DNA of 64,000 bases from Candidatus Hydrothermarchaeales archaeon (GCA_036444275.1 JAZGAD010000012.1:1-64000); one strand, 5' to 3'; numbered from the stretch's first letter, positions 21,276 to 30,445 are shown. A program made the numbers and translations. The notes: a model not told the origin generated them from the letters alone.

Positions 21276-21457
21276 AGATAGTCTTCAGCAAGGAGACAAA
21301 TACACTGGATGTTTGGTTCGATGACCCAGCGAAGGAATTCATATGTGAAGAGATCATCTTAAAAAAGGATAAGAAAAACAGGGTCATCGGTTTCGAGAAA
21401 CTGAATGTCACCTCTAAAAGGGGCAGTGCCCTTCCCTTTGAAGTGATCACTGTCTAA
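21263..21457 (+). CDS. DUF2283-family antitoxin-like protein
   Basis: NTLDVWF.DP..E.ICEE, ILKKDK..RVIGFEKLN. Confidence 0.75.
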   Translation: MEKIKIVFSKETNTLDVWFDDPAKEFICEEIILKKDKKNRVIGFEKLNVTSKRGSALPFEVITV

Positions 21458-21765
21458 CTTCAACGCTACATTCATGGAGGCGCTACTGAATACATCTAAC
21501 TTTTGGAGTGTACCACGTCTACAAGGTTTCTATCCGTTGTGAAGTAGGGAGTAGCTCCTCCTTTAAATAGCCATTAATTATTAAGACTATCCATTCACAA
21601 AATTTCCCTGTTTTTTCTTTTATTTTTAAGTATATTACTTTGGATAGAAACTTCTGCTCAAATATACATTTGAACACAAGATTCTTTATTCTTTGATTTT
21701 TTGGTAGACCCATCCTCACCTCTGCGATGTTGCGAATAAGGAGGACAAAGGGAGGTATAGGCTAG

Positions 21766-22218
21766 CTAATCACTAAGTCTACTAAAAGTTGCATACTCAG
21801 GGTACTTTCGGTATACCTCGTTTATAATCATCTCCAAGGAAAAAAAACGATATCTAGTTTTTATGGTAATTAGAGCTTCTAAAGTACGTATGAAAGAATT
21901 ACGATACTTAGCGTTGCTTAAAACCTTTTTAATTAAATTTTCTCCTTTCTTAGTTAAGAAGTACTGGTATCCAATCTTTTCCCCATAATGCTCAGGACTT
22001 TCTGTTATGAGTTCTTCCCCTGCGAGAACGTCTAGATCGTTTTGTAGTTCAGCAGAATATGGACCGAAATCATAGGGAAAGAAGCTATACCATTCCTCAA
22101 CATCCGTTCCCTCCTTCTGTGCTAAAAAAATCATCTTTTGAAATCTTGTTCTGCCGGAGATATATCTACCCTTATCAGCATATAACAGAAGTAGAGGAAC
22201 TACCTGTCTAAGAAGCAA
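21766..22218 (-). CDS. YwgA/SocA(Panacea)-like winged-helix protein
   Basis: ISGRTRFQKMIFL, FFPYDFGPYSAEL, YFLTKKG, VYRKYPEY; likely TTG start at 22218 after GGAGGTGA. Confidence 0.7.
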   Translation of the reverse strand: MLLRQVVPLLLLYADKGRYISGRTRFQKMIFLAQKEGTDVEEWYSFFPYDFGPYSAELQNDLDVLAGEELITESPEHYGEKIGYQYFLTKKGENLIKKVLSNAKYRNSFIRTLEALITIKTRYRFFSLEMIINEVYRKYPEYATFSRLSD

Positions 22219-22957
22219 TCCTATCACCTCCCGGTTTTGATCCTTTTTTAAAGGTCTTCTCAAATTCCCTTTCGAGCAGAATGGCCATTTTTTCGTCCAC
22301 AATCACTGAGGCTACTTCGTAATTGCCAGAAATCCATATAACTATCTTATGGTCAAATACACAAAAGTTCATCGAGTGATCCTTCGAGGTCTGGATATTA
22401 ATTCCAGCATCTACCATTCGATAGAGCTTGCTTGTACCTGAACCATTCAAAATCACAATTTTAATTACTCTACCCGTACCAAGGTATTCTTTAATCCTCC
22501 CAATATCTTTGGAGCTGACCCATTCTAGATTTGAAAGGGACATTAGAACCGAAGTATGATTGGCTTCAAGTAACCTGCGGATCTCGCCAACTATCCCGCT
22601 TATCCCTGTAACTTGCCATGCCTTCTCGTTTTCTTCAATCTTTTCGTTCCTAATTTCCCAAGCCTGTTCTGCCCTTGTCAATGCCTTTCCACAGGCTTTT
22701 TCCAGTAGTTTCTGCTCTTGCTCAAGTATGTATCTGGGATTTTGTGCATCGTATTTTCGGGGTCTGCTCCCTGCTTTTATTACTGCCCCTCTTTTCTCAA
22801 GCTGCGACATTATAGTGTATATTTTTCCTTCTGGGACTTTTGACCTGAAGGCAAGATCTTTTACCTTGGATGCTCCGTGCTCCACCAATGCGCAGTAGGC
22901 TTTTATCTCGTAGCTATTCCATTCCAAGCGTTTGAGAACTTCTTCAAGTTGTTTCAT
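22208..22957 (-). CDS. TrmB-family transcriptional regulator (HTH + PLD-like sensor domain)
   Basis: YEIKAYCAL...LAFRSKVPEGKIYTIMSQLEKRG...RPRKY; C-terminal FCVFDHK. Confidence 0.85.
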   Translation of the reverse strand: MKQLEEVLKRLEWNSYEIKAYCALVEHGASKVKDLAFRSKVPEGKIYTIMSQLEKRGAVIKAGSRPRKYDAQNPRYILEQEQKLLEKACGKALTRAEQAWEIRNEKIEENEKAWQVTGISGIVGEIRRLLEANHTSVLMSLSNLEWVSSKDIGRIKEYLGTGRVIKIVILNGSGTSKLYRMVDAGINIQTSKDHSMNFCVFDHKIVIWISGNYEVASVIVDEKMAILLEREFEKTFKKGSKPGGDRIAS

Positions 22958-22972
22958 TTTTAATCAACCTTC

Positions 22973-23049
22973 AGTTGTTTCTAATAAACAACTTCTATAT
23001 GTTTATTTTAGCCGCCTAAACTTTTAGTTGATTTGACAACATTTAAATA
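22973..23049. promoter_or_regulatory. Divergent promoter region with palindromic operator(s) and TATA box
   Basis: Perfect IR AGTTGTTT-N5-AAACAACT (22973-22993); GTTG-N6-CAAC (23027-23040) directly before TTTAAATA (23042-23049), ~24 nt ahead of the Ubl ATG. Confidence 0.65.
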
Positions 23050-23072
23050 TTTCGGCGTTCTACTATACTCGC

Positions 23073-23333
23073 ATGAACCAAGAAAAAGAATCAGAACCCA
23101 AGAAGAAGGAGGGAGTTGTGGTCCACTTCAATAACGAAAAATTTGTGCTCCCAGAATCCAAAACAACCGGAGCTGACCTCTACCAAACCTTTGGTGTCCC
23201 ATCTGGGAACAAGCTCTTCCTAGATGTGAAGAGTAAGAACGAACCTGACAAGCTCATCCCAAACGATGCTGCAGAAATTGAGCTTAAAAATGGGGACCAT
23301 TTCTACGATTTACCCCCCGGTACTGTAGGATGA
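23073..23333 (+). CDS. Ubiquitin-like (multi-ubiquitin-domain type beta-grasp) protein
   Basis: VHFNNEKF...TGADLY...LF...PDKLIPND..IELKNGDHFY, ending PPGTVG-COOH. Confidence 0.8.
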   Translation: MNQEKESEPKKKEGVVVHFNNEKFVLPESKTTGADLYQTFGVPSGNKLFLDVKSKNEPDKLIPNDAAEIELKNGDHFYDLPPGTVG

Positions 23334-23713
23334 AAAATTTGCTCCCACGAGTTAAAGAGGAGATAGAGCAAATCAAAGAAGAATACCCAGGCACAGTTAT
23401 TAGAATGCAATCCAACGGCGGTGTCCACCTAGAGATTCCCAACATGCCTTTGCCTAAGTGGTGGGAGCCTCCAACGATATCCTTGCTTATCGTATTGCAG
23501 CCCGATTATCCGAACTCAAGACCAGGATTCTTTACCCCCCCCGATGTGAAACTCAAAGAGAATGGCAATCCGCCAGGTGGATCAAGCGAGGCAGAAATAG
23601 AAGGCAAAAAATGGAAAGGCTACTGTTGGAATCCCAGCCAGTGGGATCTATCCCGTGAGACGCTGTGGAAGTTCGTAAAATTTGCTATCTTACGTTTTAA
23701 CGAAAGGCAATAA
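23330..23713 (+). CDS. Prokaryotic E2/UBC-fold conjugating enzyme (Prok-E2 family E-like)
   Basis: PLPKWW...LLIVLQPDYPNSRPGFF.P....L...P...GKKWKGYCWN...WD....TL; single Cys; ATGA coupling to Ubl. Confidence 0.8.
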   Translation: MKNLLPRVKEEIEQIKEEYPGTVIRMQSNGGVHLEIPNMPLPKWWEPPTISLLIVLQPDYPNSRPGFFTPPDVKLKENGNPPGGSSEAEIEGKKWKGYCWNPSQWDLSRETLWKFVKFAILRFNERQ

Positions 23714-23723
23714 GGGTGGTGCG

Positions 23724-25127
23724 ATGAGCGTAAATGAGCTAAGGTTCTCATTCATGGATTATAGAAAGTTAAAAGAACACCTTTTAAGTGGGGGGAATAG
23801 GGAAGAAGCTGCACTGCTCCTAGCTGGAGTTTCGAGGATGGATCAGCGCACGGTATTAACTGTTCGGGAAGTTATCCCTGTGCCGACTTCAGGATATCAA
23901 ACCAAAGGAGGGCTCTTCTTGCAGGTTGACCCGGAGTTCATGGCACCGCTAATAAAAAGGTGCCGGTATGAAAACGCTTCTTTCATTCTTACCCATAGTC
24001 ACCCCTTCAGCGGTCATTCTGTTGGATTCTCCAGCGTCGATGACGAGGGTGAGGAAATTCTTGTTCCAAAATTGAAAGCTAGAATACCAGGGAGACCTCA
24101 TGGATTTCTCGTATTTGGGCAGGATAGTATTGCTGGAAGGATGTGGCTTAGCGAAAAGGAAAATAGTGATTCTATTGACATCATCAGGGTGATCGGGGAG
24201 AGAATTAAAATATTTAATACCACTAATAGCAAGGTTGAAATGAATGGAGGGGATGTTAGCGAAAGGGAGGCATACCATAGGCAGATTCTTGTCATCAGCC
24301 CAAGAGCTCAGAAAATCCTTGAAAAGATTACTATTGGCGTTGTAGGAACCGGGGGAGTTGGGTCGCAAGTCTTTGTCCAGATGGTCCATCTTGGTGTTGG
24401 AAAGATTATAGCAATTGATGATGAAGTTTTGGAGAAATCTAATCGCTCCAGAGTTCTGGCATCCAAGCCTGAGGATGTGAAACAAGAAGTTCCTAAGGTG
24501 GAGATCATGAAGAGGTATGCTGATGCAACGAATCCCAGTGTACTTGTGGATGCAATAATGAGCCCTATAGAGTTCAATTCCGTAGCCATGAAACTCAGGG
24601 AAGCGGACGTTATTTTCTGTTGCACTGACAATGTAAGGAGTAGGGTAGTCTTGAACAGATTGTCTTTTCAGTACCTTATCCCTCTCATCGACATGGGAGT
24701 AGATATCCAGTTCGATCATGGGAAAATCCATGCCGCCGCTGGCCGTGTTATGTTGATACAGCCAGATGGCCCATGCCTAGAATGCATGGGAATCATAACC
24801 GGAGAGGCAATAGACAGGGAATCCAATAGAAATCCTACCCTTCCCCGGGGTTCATATGTTACCATGTTGGGGGAAGGTGAGAAAGGGCATCATGCCCCTG
24901 CCGTGGTGTCTTTTAACGGTGTTGTTGCGTCCCTTTCGGTGACCAGGCTCCTAGACATGGTTTCTGGTATCCAGGACCGAAGGAGGCCCAGGACATACGA
25001 AATGTTTTTGATTCAATCCGGCGAAGTGAGGCCTTATTCGATGGAGCCATTTGTTAAATGCACTATGTGCAAGGAGGTAAAGGGTTATGCCGATGATATT
25101 TCACTCCCTTGTGAACTTGATAAGTAA
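23724..25127 (+). CDS. JAB/MPN peptidase - ThiF/E1 fusion protein
   Basis: JAMM motif E..(REEAA)...HSHP......FS.VDD; E1 motifs VVGTGGVGS, D....SNRSR, CTDN..SR, DMG, PCLEC, CTMC. Confidence 0.88.
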   Translation: MSVNELRFSFMDYRKLKEHLLSGGNREEAALLLAGVSRMDQRTVLTVREVIPVPTSGYQTKGGLFLQVDPEFMAPLIKRCRYENASFILTHSHPFSGHSVGFSSVDDEGEEILVPKLKARIPGRPHGFLVFGQDSIAGRMWLSEKENSDSIDIIRVIGERIKIFNTTNSKVEMNGGDVSEREAYHRQILVISPRAQKILEKITIGVVGTGGVGSQVFVQMVHLGVGKIIAIDDEVLEKSNRSRVLASKPEDVKQEVPKVEIMKRYADATNPSVLVDAIMSPIEFNSVAMKLREADVIFCCTDNVRSRVVLNRLSFQYLIPLIDMGVDIQFDHGKIHAAAGRVMLIQPDGPCLECMGIITGEAIDRESNRNPTLPRGSYVTMLGEGEKGHHAPAVVSFNGVVASLSVTRLLDMVSGIQDRRRPRTYEMFLIQSGEVRPYSMEPFVKCTMCKEVKGYADDISLPCELDK

Positions 25128-25158
25128 CTGTAGAGTTAAGCTGTTAAAAGGCGAAAAT

Positions 25159-25608
25159 ATGGTGATTGAAAGACAAAACCTAAAACCTCTAAGGAAAAAC
25201 ATAGAAATATTGTTATTCTTTATTATAATCGTTTTAACAGCAGGATGTGTTGACTCAGTTTCAGTTAACTTTGTGCAAAGAGAGATCAATTTTTCCAAGA
25301 GCGCCAATAATCCGATTACTCAAACATTCATCATCGAGAGTACATACCCCGGAGCCCAATTTGTGGATGTAGAAATAACTACGAATGACGAAAGAATTGT
25401 TTTAGCAAAGGATTTAGAGAGAAACTTTCAACCCAGTCTAAGTTACCCTGTAGAATTGGGTAAAGAGTATCCAAGAAACTACTCTTTCAGTTTTAAAGTT
25501 TCTGATAAAAATATTCCAAATGGAAAATATTACATAACAGCTAAAATAATGGGGGCCGAAAGTAAAGATTCGTCCACTAAATCTTTTAATGTGAAAATAG
25601 TTGATTAG
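25159..25608 (+). CDS. Putative lipoprotein with beta-rich (Ig-like) domain
   Basis: Basic N-region, hydrophobic stretch, LTAGC lipobox; AT-rich like the adjacent island. Confidence 0.6.
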   Translation: MVIERQNLKPLRKNIEILLFFIIIVLTAGCVDSVSVNFVQREINFSKSANNPITQTFIIESTYPGAQFVDVEITTNDERIVLAKDLERNFQPSLSYPVELGKEYPRNYSFSFKVSDKNIPNGKYYITAKIMGAESKDSSTKSFNVKIVD

Positions 25609-25801
25609 TTCAAATTCCCTTCAATGGGAATCAGAGAGGGGAGATCAACTATTTTTACCCCCATGCCACATCTCACCCAAATTTTTTTACATTTTGTTAC
25701 GCTCAAGTTATCATTTTTGATAATTATACAGTAACAAAAGTTAGTGGGACCGTTAATACTCTCGAAAAACAAATCTTTCGCTTGCAGACTACAACTTCAA
25801 C

Positions 25802-26851
25802 CTAACCTACCAACCTAATGCCTACCGCCCCTACCCCATCGTCGTAGATCAGCAGATCCGGCGCAGCCGTCGTGGGTATCTCGAAGAGAACGAAGCCGCT
25901 TCCTCTCTCGCCTGGGTTTATATTCGATGAATCGAAGAATCCAGGATAGTCGGCATAATAAGAGCTGACTTCATAGGAATTCTCGTCGGCGTCAAGCAGC
26001 TCCATGTACTGGGGATGAGTTCTTATCAAATCGGTGCTACTGCTTATCACAGTTACCTCTACGGCCACGAACTTCATCCCTGGCTTGGGCTCGTAGGTAG
26101 AACCATAAGGGTTTTTAAAGGAATTCATAATCTGGAAATCATTGACCTTCAAGTATAGGTGTCCCTCCCGTCCTGCTTCTTCGCCGATCCCACCGTATTC
26201 CAGAGGCAGGGTCCTTGTCTTAGCTGTGGGAGCATCTGAAGGCAGTGTTGCCCTGCCCTCAATAATCTTGCTGTACCTTACCGCTTCATCTCGGCTTATA
26301 CCATCAGTCCCAAGTACGACTACTCCACTCACTACGTTCCGCTTTCTAAACAACAGCTCGAATTCCCTCGCTCTATCATCAGCCCTCTCAACCAGCAGGG
26401 CATCGTCCCCAATCGTATCATACCGGACCCTCGAAAGAAACAGAGTGCCGCTCTCCCTCTCGAATGCGTTGAAGGCTGAGACCGCATCCTCAACGCTATC
26501 ATATCTCATAACGGAATTCCATATCCAGAGAATACCTTTGAACGATGGATTCTTCGTTAGAAACTCGCCGATGTTTCCCTCCTTCGCAAATGTCACGAAA
26601 TAACTTGCGTTGTCACCCGAGGAACTGACGATAGAAAAGTCAGAGGGCACATCACCCGCACCTAGAGCCATATCCCTTGGATTCTTCGTGATTAATACCG
26701 GCTTCGAGACCGGCGTGGAAGGAGGGGGAGTAATAATTGTATCTTCTGGTGGTGCGTCCTCCTCGGCTGGTGTTATGCATCCTAGAGTCAATGTTAGGCA
26801 CAGTAATAGCAATGCAATCTTTCCATTCTTTCCACTTCTGATTAGCATCAA
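25802..26851 (-). CDS. Lipoprotein with C-terminal DUF4352-like domain
   Basis: LTLGC lipobox, Pro-rich linker, PKPGMKFVAVEVTV...INPGERGSGFVLFEIP. Confidence 0.7.
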   Translation of the reverse strand: MMLIRSGKNGKIALLLLCLTLTLGCITPAEEDAPPEDTIITPPPSTPVSKPVLITKNPRDMALGAGDVPSDFSIVSSSGDNASYFVTFAKEGNIGEFLTKNPSFKGILWIWNSVMRYDSVEDAVSAFNAFERESGTLFLSRVRYDTIGDDALLVERADDRAREFELLFRKRNVVSGVVVLGTDGISRDEAVRYSKIIEGRATLPSDAPTAKTRTLPLEYGGIGEEAGREGHLYLKVNDFQIMNSFKNPYGSTYEPKPGMKFVAVEVTVISSSTDLIRTHPQYMELLDADENSYEVSSYYADYPGFFDSSNINPGERGSGFVLFEIPTTAAPDLLIYDDGVGAVGIRLVG

Positions 26852-26878
26852 ATATAGCTCCCTTGGACTGAATCTGAA

Positions 26879-27934
26879 TCAGCGCCTTATCTTTCCGGCT
26901 ATCTCTTGGGCCATCTCCATGGTGCCTGCTTTGCCGCCTAGATCGTAGGTTACCACTTTCCCCTCCTTCAATACTTTCTTAAGAGCATCATCTATCTTCT
27001 GGGCAGCTTCCCTCTCGCCCAAGTGCCTCAACATCAGCACCGAGGATAAAATCATAGCGCTCGGGTTAACCTTGTTCATACCCTTATACTTGGGTGCAGC
27101 ACCGTGAACCGCCTCGAAGACAGCGTATTCAGCACCTATATTCGCACCAGGTGCTACTCCAAGACCGCCTACTAAACCTGCGCATAGGTCACTTAGAATG
27201 TCACCGTATAGGTTGGGCGCCACGATGACATCGTAGAACTCAGGCTTCTGAACGAGCTGCATGCACATGTTGTCTATTAAGCGCTCCTCGTATTCGATTC
27301 TGCCCTCATAGCTTTTTGCTACATCGCGAGCTGCTGCAAAGAACAAACCATCGCTGTACTTCATAATATTCGCCTTTGTAACTGCTGTGACCTTCTTCCT
27401 GTTATTCTCTACAGCATAGTCGAAGGCAAAGCGCACTATCCTCTCACTGCCAAAGCGGGAGATGGGCTTCAGGGAGATCGCTGAATTTTCTCTTATCTTG
27501 CCCTTGCTCAATGATATGAGTTCATTAGCCTCTTTTGTGCCGGAATCGAATTCAACGCCAGCGTATAGCCCCTCAGTATTCTCCCTCACGCCTACCAGAT
27601 CGACGTTTGGATACTTTGACTTCACGCCCTCGTAGTGCTTGCAGGGCCTGAGGCATGCATACAGATCAAGGGTCTGCCGTAGCGCTACGTTGACGCTCCT
27701 AAAGCCGGTGCCGATAGGTGTTATCACAGGCCCCTTCAAAGCAACCTTGTTCTTCTTCACTAGTTCTGTAGTCTCGTCAGGTAAAGGCACGCCGTACTCC
27801 TCTATCGCCGGCTCTCCCATTAATGCCTCGTCGTACTCAAGATCAATGCCGCTCGCCTCTAAAACGTGTACCGCTGCATTCGTCACTTCGGGACCTATAC
27901 CGTCGCCTTTGATAAGGGTTATAGTGCGAGCCAT
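26879..27934 (-). CDS. Isocitrate/isopropylmalate dehydrogenase family protein
   Basis: [49 protein letters not shown]. Confidence 0.93.
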   Translation of the reverse strand: MARTITLIKGDGIGPEVTNAAVHVLEASGIDLEYDEALMGEPAIEEYGVPLPDETTELVKKNKVALKGPVITPIGTGFRSVNVALRQTLDLYACLRPCKHYEGVKSKYPNVDLVGVRENTEGLYAGVEFDSGTKEANELISLSKGKIRENSAISLKPISRFGSERIVRFAFDYAVENNRKKVTAVTKANIMKYSDGLFFAAARDVAKSYEGRIEYEERLIDNMCMQLVQKPEFYDVIVAPNLYGDILSDLCAGLVGGLGVAPGANIGAEYAVFEAVHGAAPKYKGMNKVNPSAMILSSVLMLRHLGEREAAQKIDDALKKVLKEGKVVTYDLGGKAGTMEMAQEIAGKIRR

Positions 27935-28035
27935 AAGGGGGAATTGAAGAGGTCGCTAGATAAAGATTCTGGTTGGCGGTTATGCAACAAAGCACTCCAT
28001 AAACTCTTTATATTATCCAAAGTTTTGTTATTACT

Positions 28036-28248
28036 ATGGCAATCCCTGGATATGTCGACTATAAATCCAGAGAATTTTGCAAAGATGTACAATGTCCAGT
28101 GCAGTTGGACCTGAATTCTAAAGAAAAAAATTCTGAAGAATACGAAAGAATCAGGCAGACGTGTAGAGCTGATTGTAAGTATACCACATGGCAGTTTCAT
28201 CATTGGCTGATGGATAAGAGCTATCTAATCGTTAAGCCTGAAAGATAA
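28036..28248 (+). CDS. Small Cys/His-rich hypothetical protein upstream of lsrF
   Basis: FCKDVQCPVQ...C...C.YTTWQFHHWL; followed by the strong RBS of lsrF. Confidence 0.65.
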   Translation: MAIPGYVDYKSREFCKDVQCPVQLDLNSKEKNSEEYERIRQTCRADCKYTTWQFHHWLMDKSYLIVKPER

Positions 28249-28262
28249 GAGGAGGTGTTTAG

Positions 28263-29054
28263 ATGAGTTGGGGATTGAAAAATCGTTTGTCGAGGATATT
28301 TAAACCGAAAACAGGGCACGCTGTTATGTTAGCTGTGGATCACGGCTACTTTATGGGGCCGACCCGTGGATTAGAGAAACTGGGCGAGGCGGTCAATCCG
28401 CTAATTCCATATGCAGACGCTCTAATGCCCACACGTGGAGGGCTTCGCAATTACATTGATCCGAATGTTGATATACCAATCGTGCTACGGGTTTCCGGAG
28501 GGACGAGTATAATTGGGAAAGAGCTCTTACGCGAAGGAACAATAGTTTCGGTAAAGGATGCGATTAGGCTTAATGTATCAGGGATGGCTTTTTCTATCAT
28601 GGTCGGTTCGAAATTTGAGAGGGACACGCTTTTAGGCCTAGCTAAGGTTGTGGATGAGGGCGAGGAGTATGGCATTCCGGTTCTTGCAGTTACTGCAGTA
28701 GGTAAGGAAATAGGGAAAAAAGATGCCCGGTACATAGGATTATGCTGTCGTATGGCTGCCGAATTTGGAGCGCATTTCGTGAAGACCTATTATTGCGAGG
28801 GATTCGAAAAGGTAGTAGAGAGTTGTCCCGTACCAATCGTTATTGCAGGCGGTAAGAAACTGCCGGAGCGCGACGCTCTGCAGATGGCTTACAATGCTAT
28901 ACAAGACGGCGCTAGCGGCGTAGATATGGGCAGGAACATCTTCCAGTCTGAAGACCCGGTGGCCATGATTCAAGCTGTAAGAGCAGTGGTTCACGAAAAG
29001 GCTACCCCCGATGAAGCCTACAAACTGTTCAATGAGAAGAAAGGAAAGAAATGA
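28263..29054 (+). CDS. lsrF: LsrF-like thiolase / DhnA-type class I aldolase
   Basis: MSWGLKNRLSRI, MLAVDHGYFMGPT, VKTYYC, IAGGKK, GVDMGRNIFQ. Confidence 0.9.
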   Translation: MSWGLKNRLSRIFKPKTGHAVMLAVDHGYFMGPTRGLEKLGEAVNPLIPYADALMPTRGGLRNYIDPNVDIPIVLRVSGGTSIIGKELLREGTIVSVKDAIRLNVSGMAFSIMVGSKFERDTLLGLAKVVDEGEEYGIPVLAVTAVGKEIGKKDARYIGLCCRMAAEFGAHFVKTYYCEGFEKVVESCPVPIVIAGGKKLPERDALQMAYNAIQDGASGVDMGRNIFQSEDPVAMIQAVRAVVHEKATPDEAYKLFNEKKGKK

Positions 29055-29196
29055 CGTAATTAGATTAGGGGGATATGCAGAGTGTTGCGTACATTGAGTT
29101 GGTATATGACATTTTGCTTGGCTGCAGTTATGCTCTAAAAGAAAGGTTATTAAAGAGGAAGTGCTATTATCTCTATAGAGGATGTGAGGTGAAATA

Positions 29197-29421
29197 ATGA
29201 AGCGATATCGGCTATCTGTGGTGGTTGAAAAAGATGCAGATGGATACTTTGCTTTTTGTCCTGAGCTTCAGGGATGTTATACCCAAGGTGATAGTTATGA
29301 GGGGGCTTTAAAGAATATTAAAGATGCAATTCGTCTTCATATTGAGGATAGAATAGAAAATAAGGAGAGTATTCCTATCATTGAATCTATCAGCCTGACT
29401 TCTTTGGAAGTAGCAGTATGA
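29197..29421 (+). CDS. hicB: HicB-family antitoxin
   Basis: VEKDADGYFAFCPELQGCYTQGDSYE. Confidence 0.9.
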   Translation: MKRYRLSVVVEKDADGYFAFCPELQGCYTQGDSYEGALKNIKDAIRLHIEDRIENKESIPIIESISLTSLEVAV

Positions 29422-29648
29422 GCAAGAAGCTCCCTCGTATATCTGCTGGTAAAGTCATGAAGGTATTGGAGAGGGTGGGGTTTGTTTGCGTCCGTCAAAG
29501 CGGTAGCCATAAGATTTACAAAAACAAAGAAAGAAAAAGGGTGACCGTCCCTTATCACTCAGGGAAAATCCTCCACCCCAAAGTCTTAAAAAACATTCTT
29601 AGAGATGCAGATTTGACTATAAAGAGGTTCAAAGAACTGATGAAGTAG
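29418..29648 (+). CDS. hicA: HicA-family toxin
   Basis: GFVCVRQSGSH, VTVPYH, LKNILRDA. Confidence 0.92.
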   Translation: MSKKLPRISAGKVMKVLERVGFVCVRQSGSHKIYKNKERKRVTVPYHSGKILHPKVLKNILRDADLTIKRFKELMK

Positions 29649-29762
29649 GTTGGAAACGGTCACGCAAAAGGCTACCCCCGATGAAGCCTACGATCTCTTC
29701 AATAAGAAGAAAGGGAAGAAATGACGTAAAAGTAAATAAGATCAAAGAAAGGGGTGAAAAAT

Positions 29763-30044
29763 ATGTTATCAGAACTTCCTATAAATCTTGAGAAAGTAAA
29801 AAAAGAAGACTTGGACAAAGAGATACTAAGAGTAGGGGTAATAGCTGAGTTAGATGCTGTAAGTTTGTATGAGCAAATGGCAGCTGTGACTGAGAACGGA
29901 AATATTAAGAAAATTCTTTTGGACATAGCAAAAGAAGAAAAGACACATATGGGGGAATTCTTGGCTCTATTATTAAAAGAAGACGAGGAGCAAGAAAAAG
30001 AATTAGAAGAAGGTAAAAAAGAGGTTGATGAATTAACAGAATAG
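29763..30044 (+). CDS. Short ferritin-like (rubrerythrin/encapsulated-ferritin type) protein
   Basis: [23 protein letters not shown]. Confidence 0.85.
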   Translation: MLSELPINLEKVKKEDLDKEILRVGVIAELDAVSLYEQMAAVTENGNIKKILLDIAKEEKTHMGEFLALLLKEDEEQEKELEEGKKEVDELTE

Positions 30045-30054
30045 GGGGGATAAT

Positions 30055-30432
30055 ATGACGGAACAAAAGCAAATCTACAAATGCAATGTTTGTGGGAACA
30101 TAGTTGAAGTTTTACATGCTGGAGTAGGTAAACTTGTTTGTTGCGAACAGCCGATGGAACTGTTAAAAGAAAAAACAGAAGATGTAGGTCGAGAGAAGCA
30201 CGTGCCTGTCATTGAAAAAACAGAAACTGGGATAAAAGTGAAAGTTGGTTCAATCCCTCATCCAATGGAGGAAAATCATTACATAGAGTGGATTGAAGTG
30301 ATTGCTGATGGCAGAGTCTATAGAAACTTCTTGAATCCAGGTGATAAACCAGAATCAGAGTTTGAGATAAAAGCAGAGAAAATTGAAGCAAGAGAATACT
30401 GTAGTATTCACGGATTGTGGAAATCCAGTTAA
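30055..30432 (+). CDS. dfx: Desulfoferrodoxin (2Fe superoxide reductase)
   Basis: [39 protein letters not shown]. Confidence 0.95.
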   Translation: MTEQKQIYKCNVCGNIVEVLHAGVGKLVCCEQPMELLKEKTEDVGREKHVPVIEKTETGIKVKVGSIPHPMEENHYIEWIEVIADGRVYRNFLNPGDKPESEFEIKAEKIEAREYCSIHGLWKSS

Positions 30433-30445
30433 TTTTTTGAGAGCC

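Larger units (their letters stand above)
28996..29729 (+). repeat. 64-bp duplicate of the lsrF 3' end (28996-29059 vs 29666-29729) bracketing hicBA
   Basis: 59/64 identical; KATPDEAYKLFNEKKGKK* vs KATPDEAYDLFNKKKGKK*. Confidence 0.92.

Noticed and set aside
21519-21719. 66-aa AT-rich ORF
   Set aside because: Low-complexity intergenic sequence with no motif support.
23949-24731. 260-aa minus-strand ORF inside the JAB-E1 gene
   Set aside because: Antisense shadow of a well-supported gene; no recognisable motifs.
23073-25127. Interpretation as a SAMP/ThiS-MoaD sulfur-transfer or CBASS Cap2/Cap3 locus
   Set aside because: A separate E2 is present, the Ubl ends VG rather than GG, and no cofactor-biosynthesis gene or CD-NTase cyclase is adjacent.
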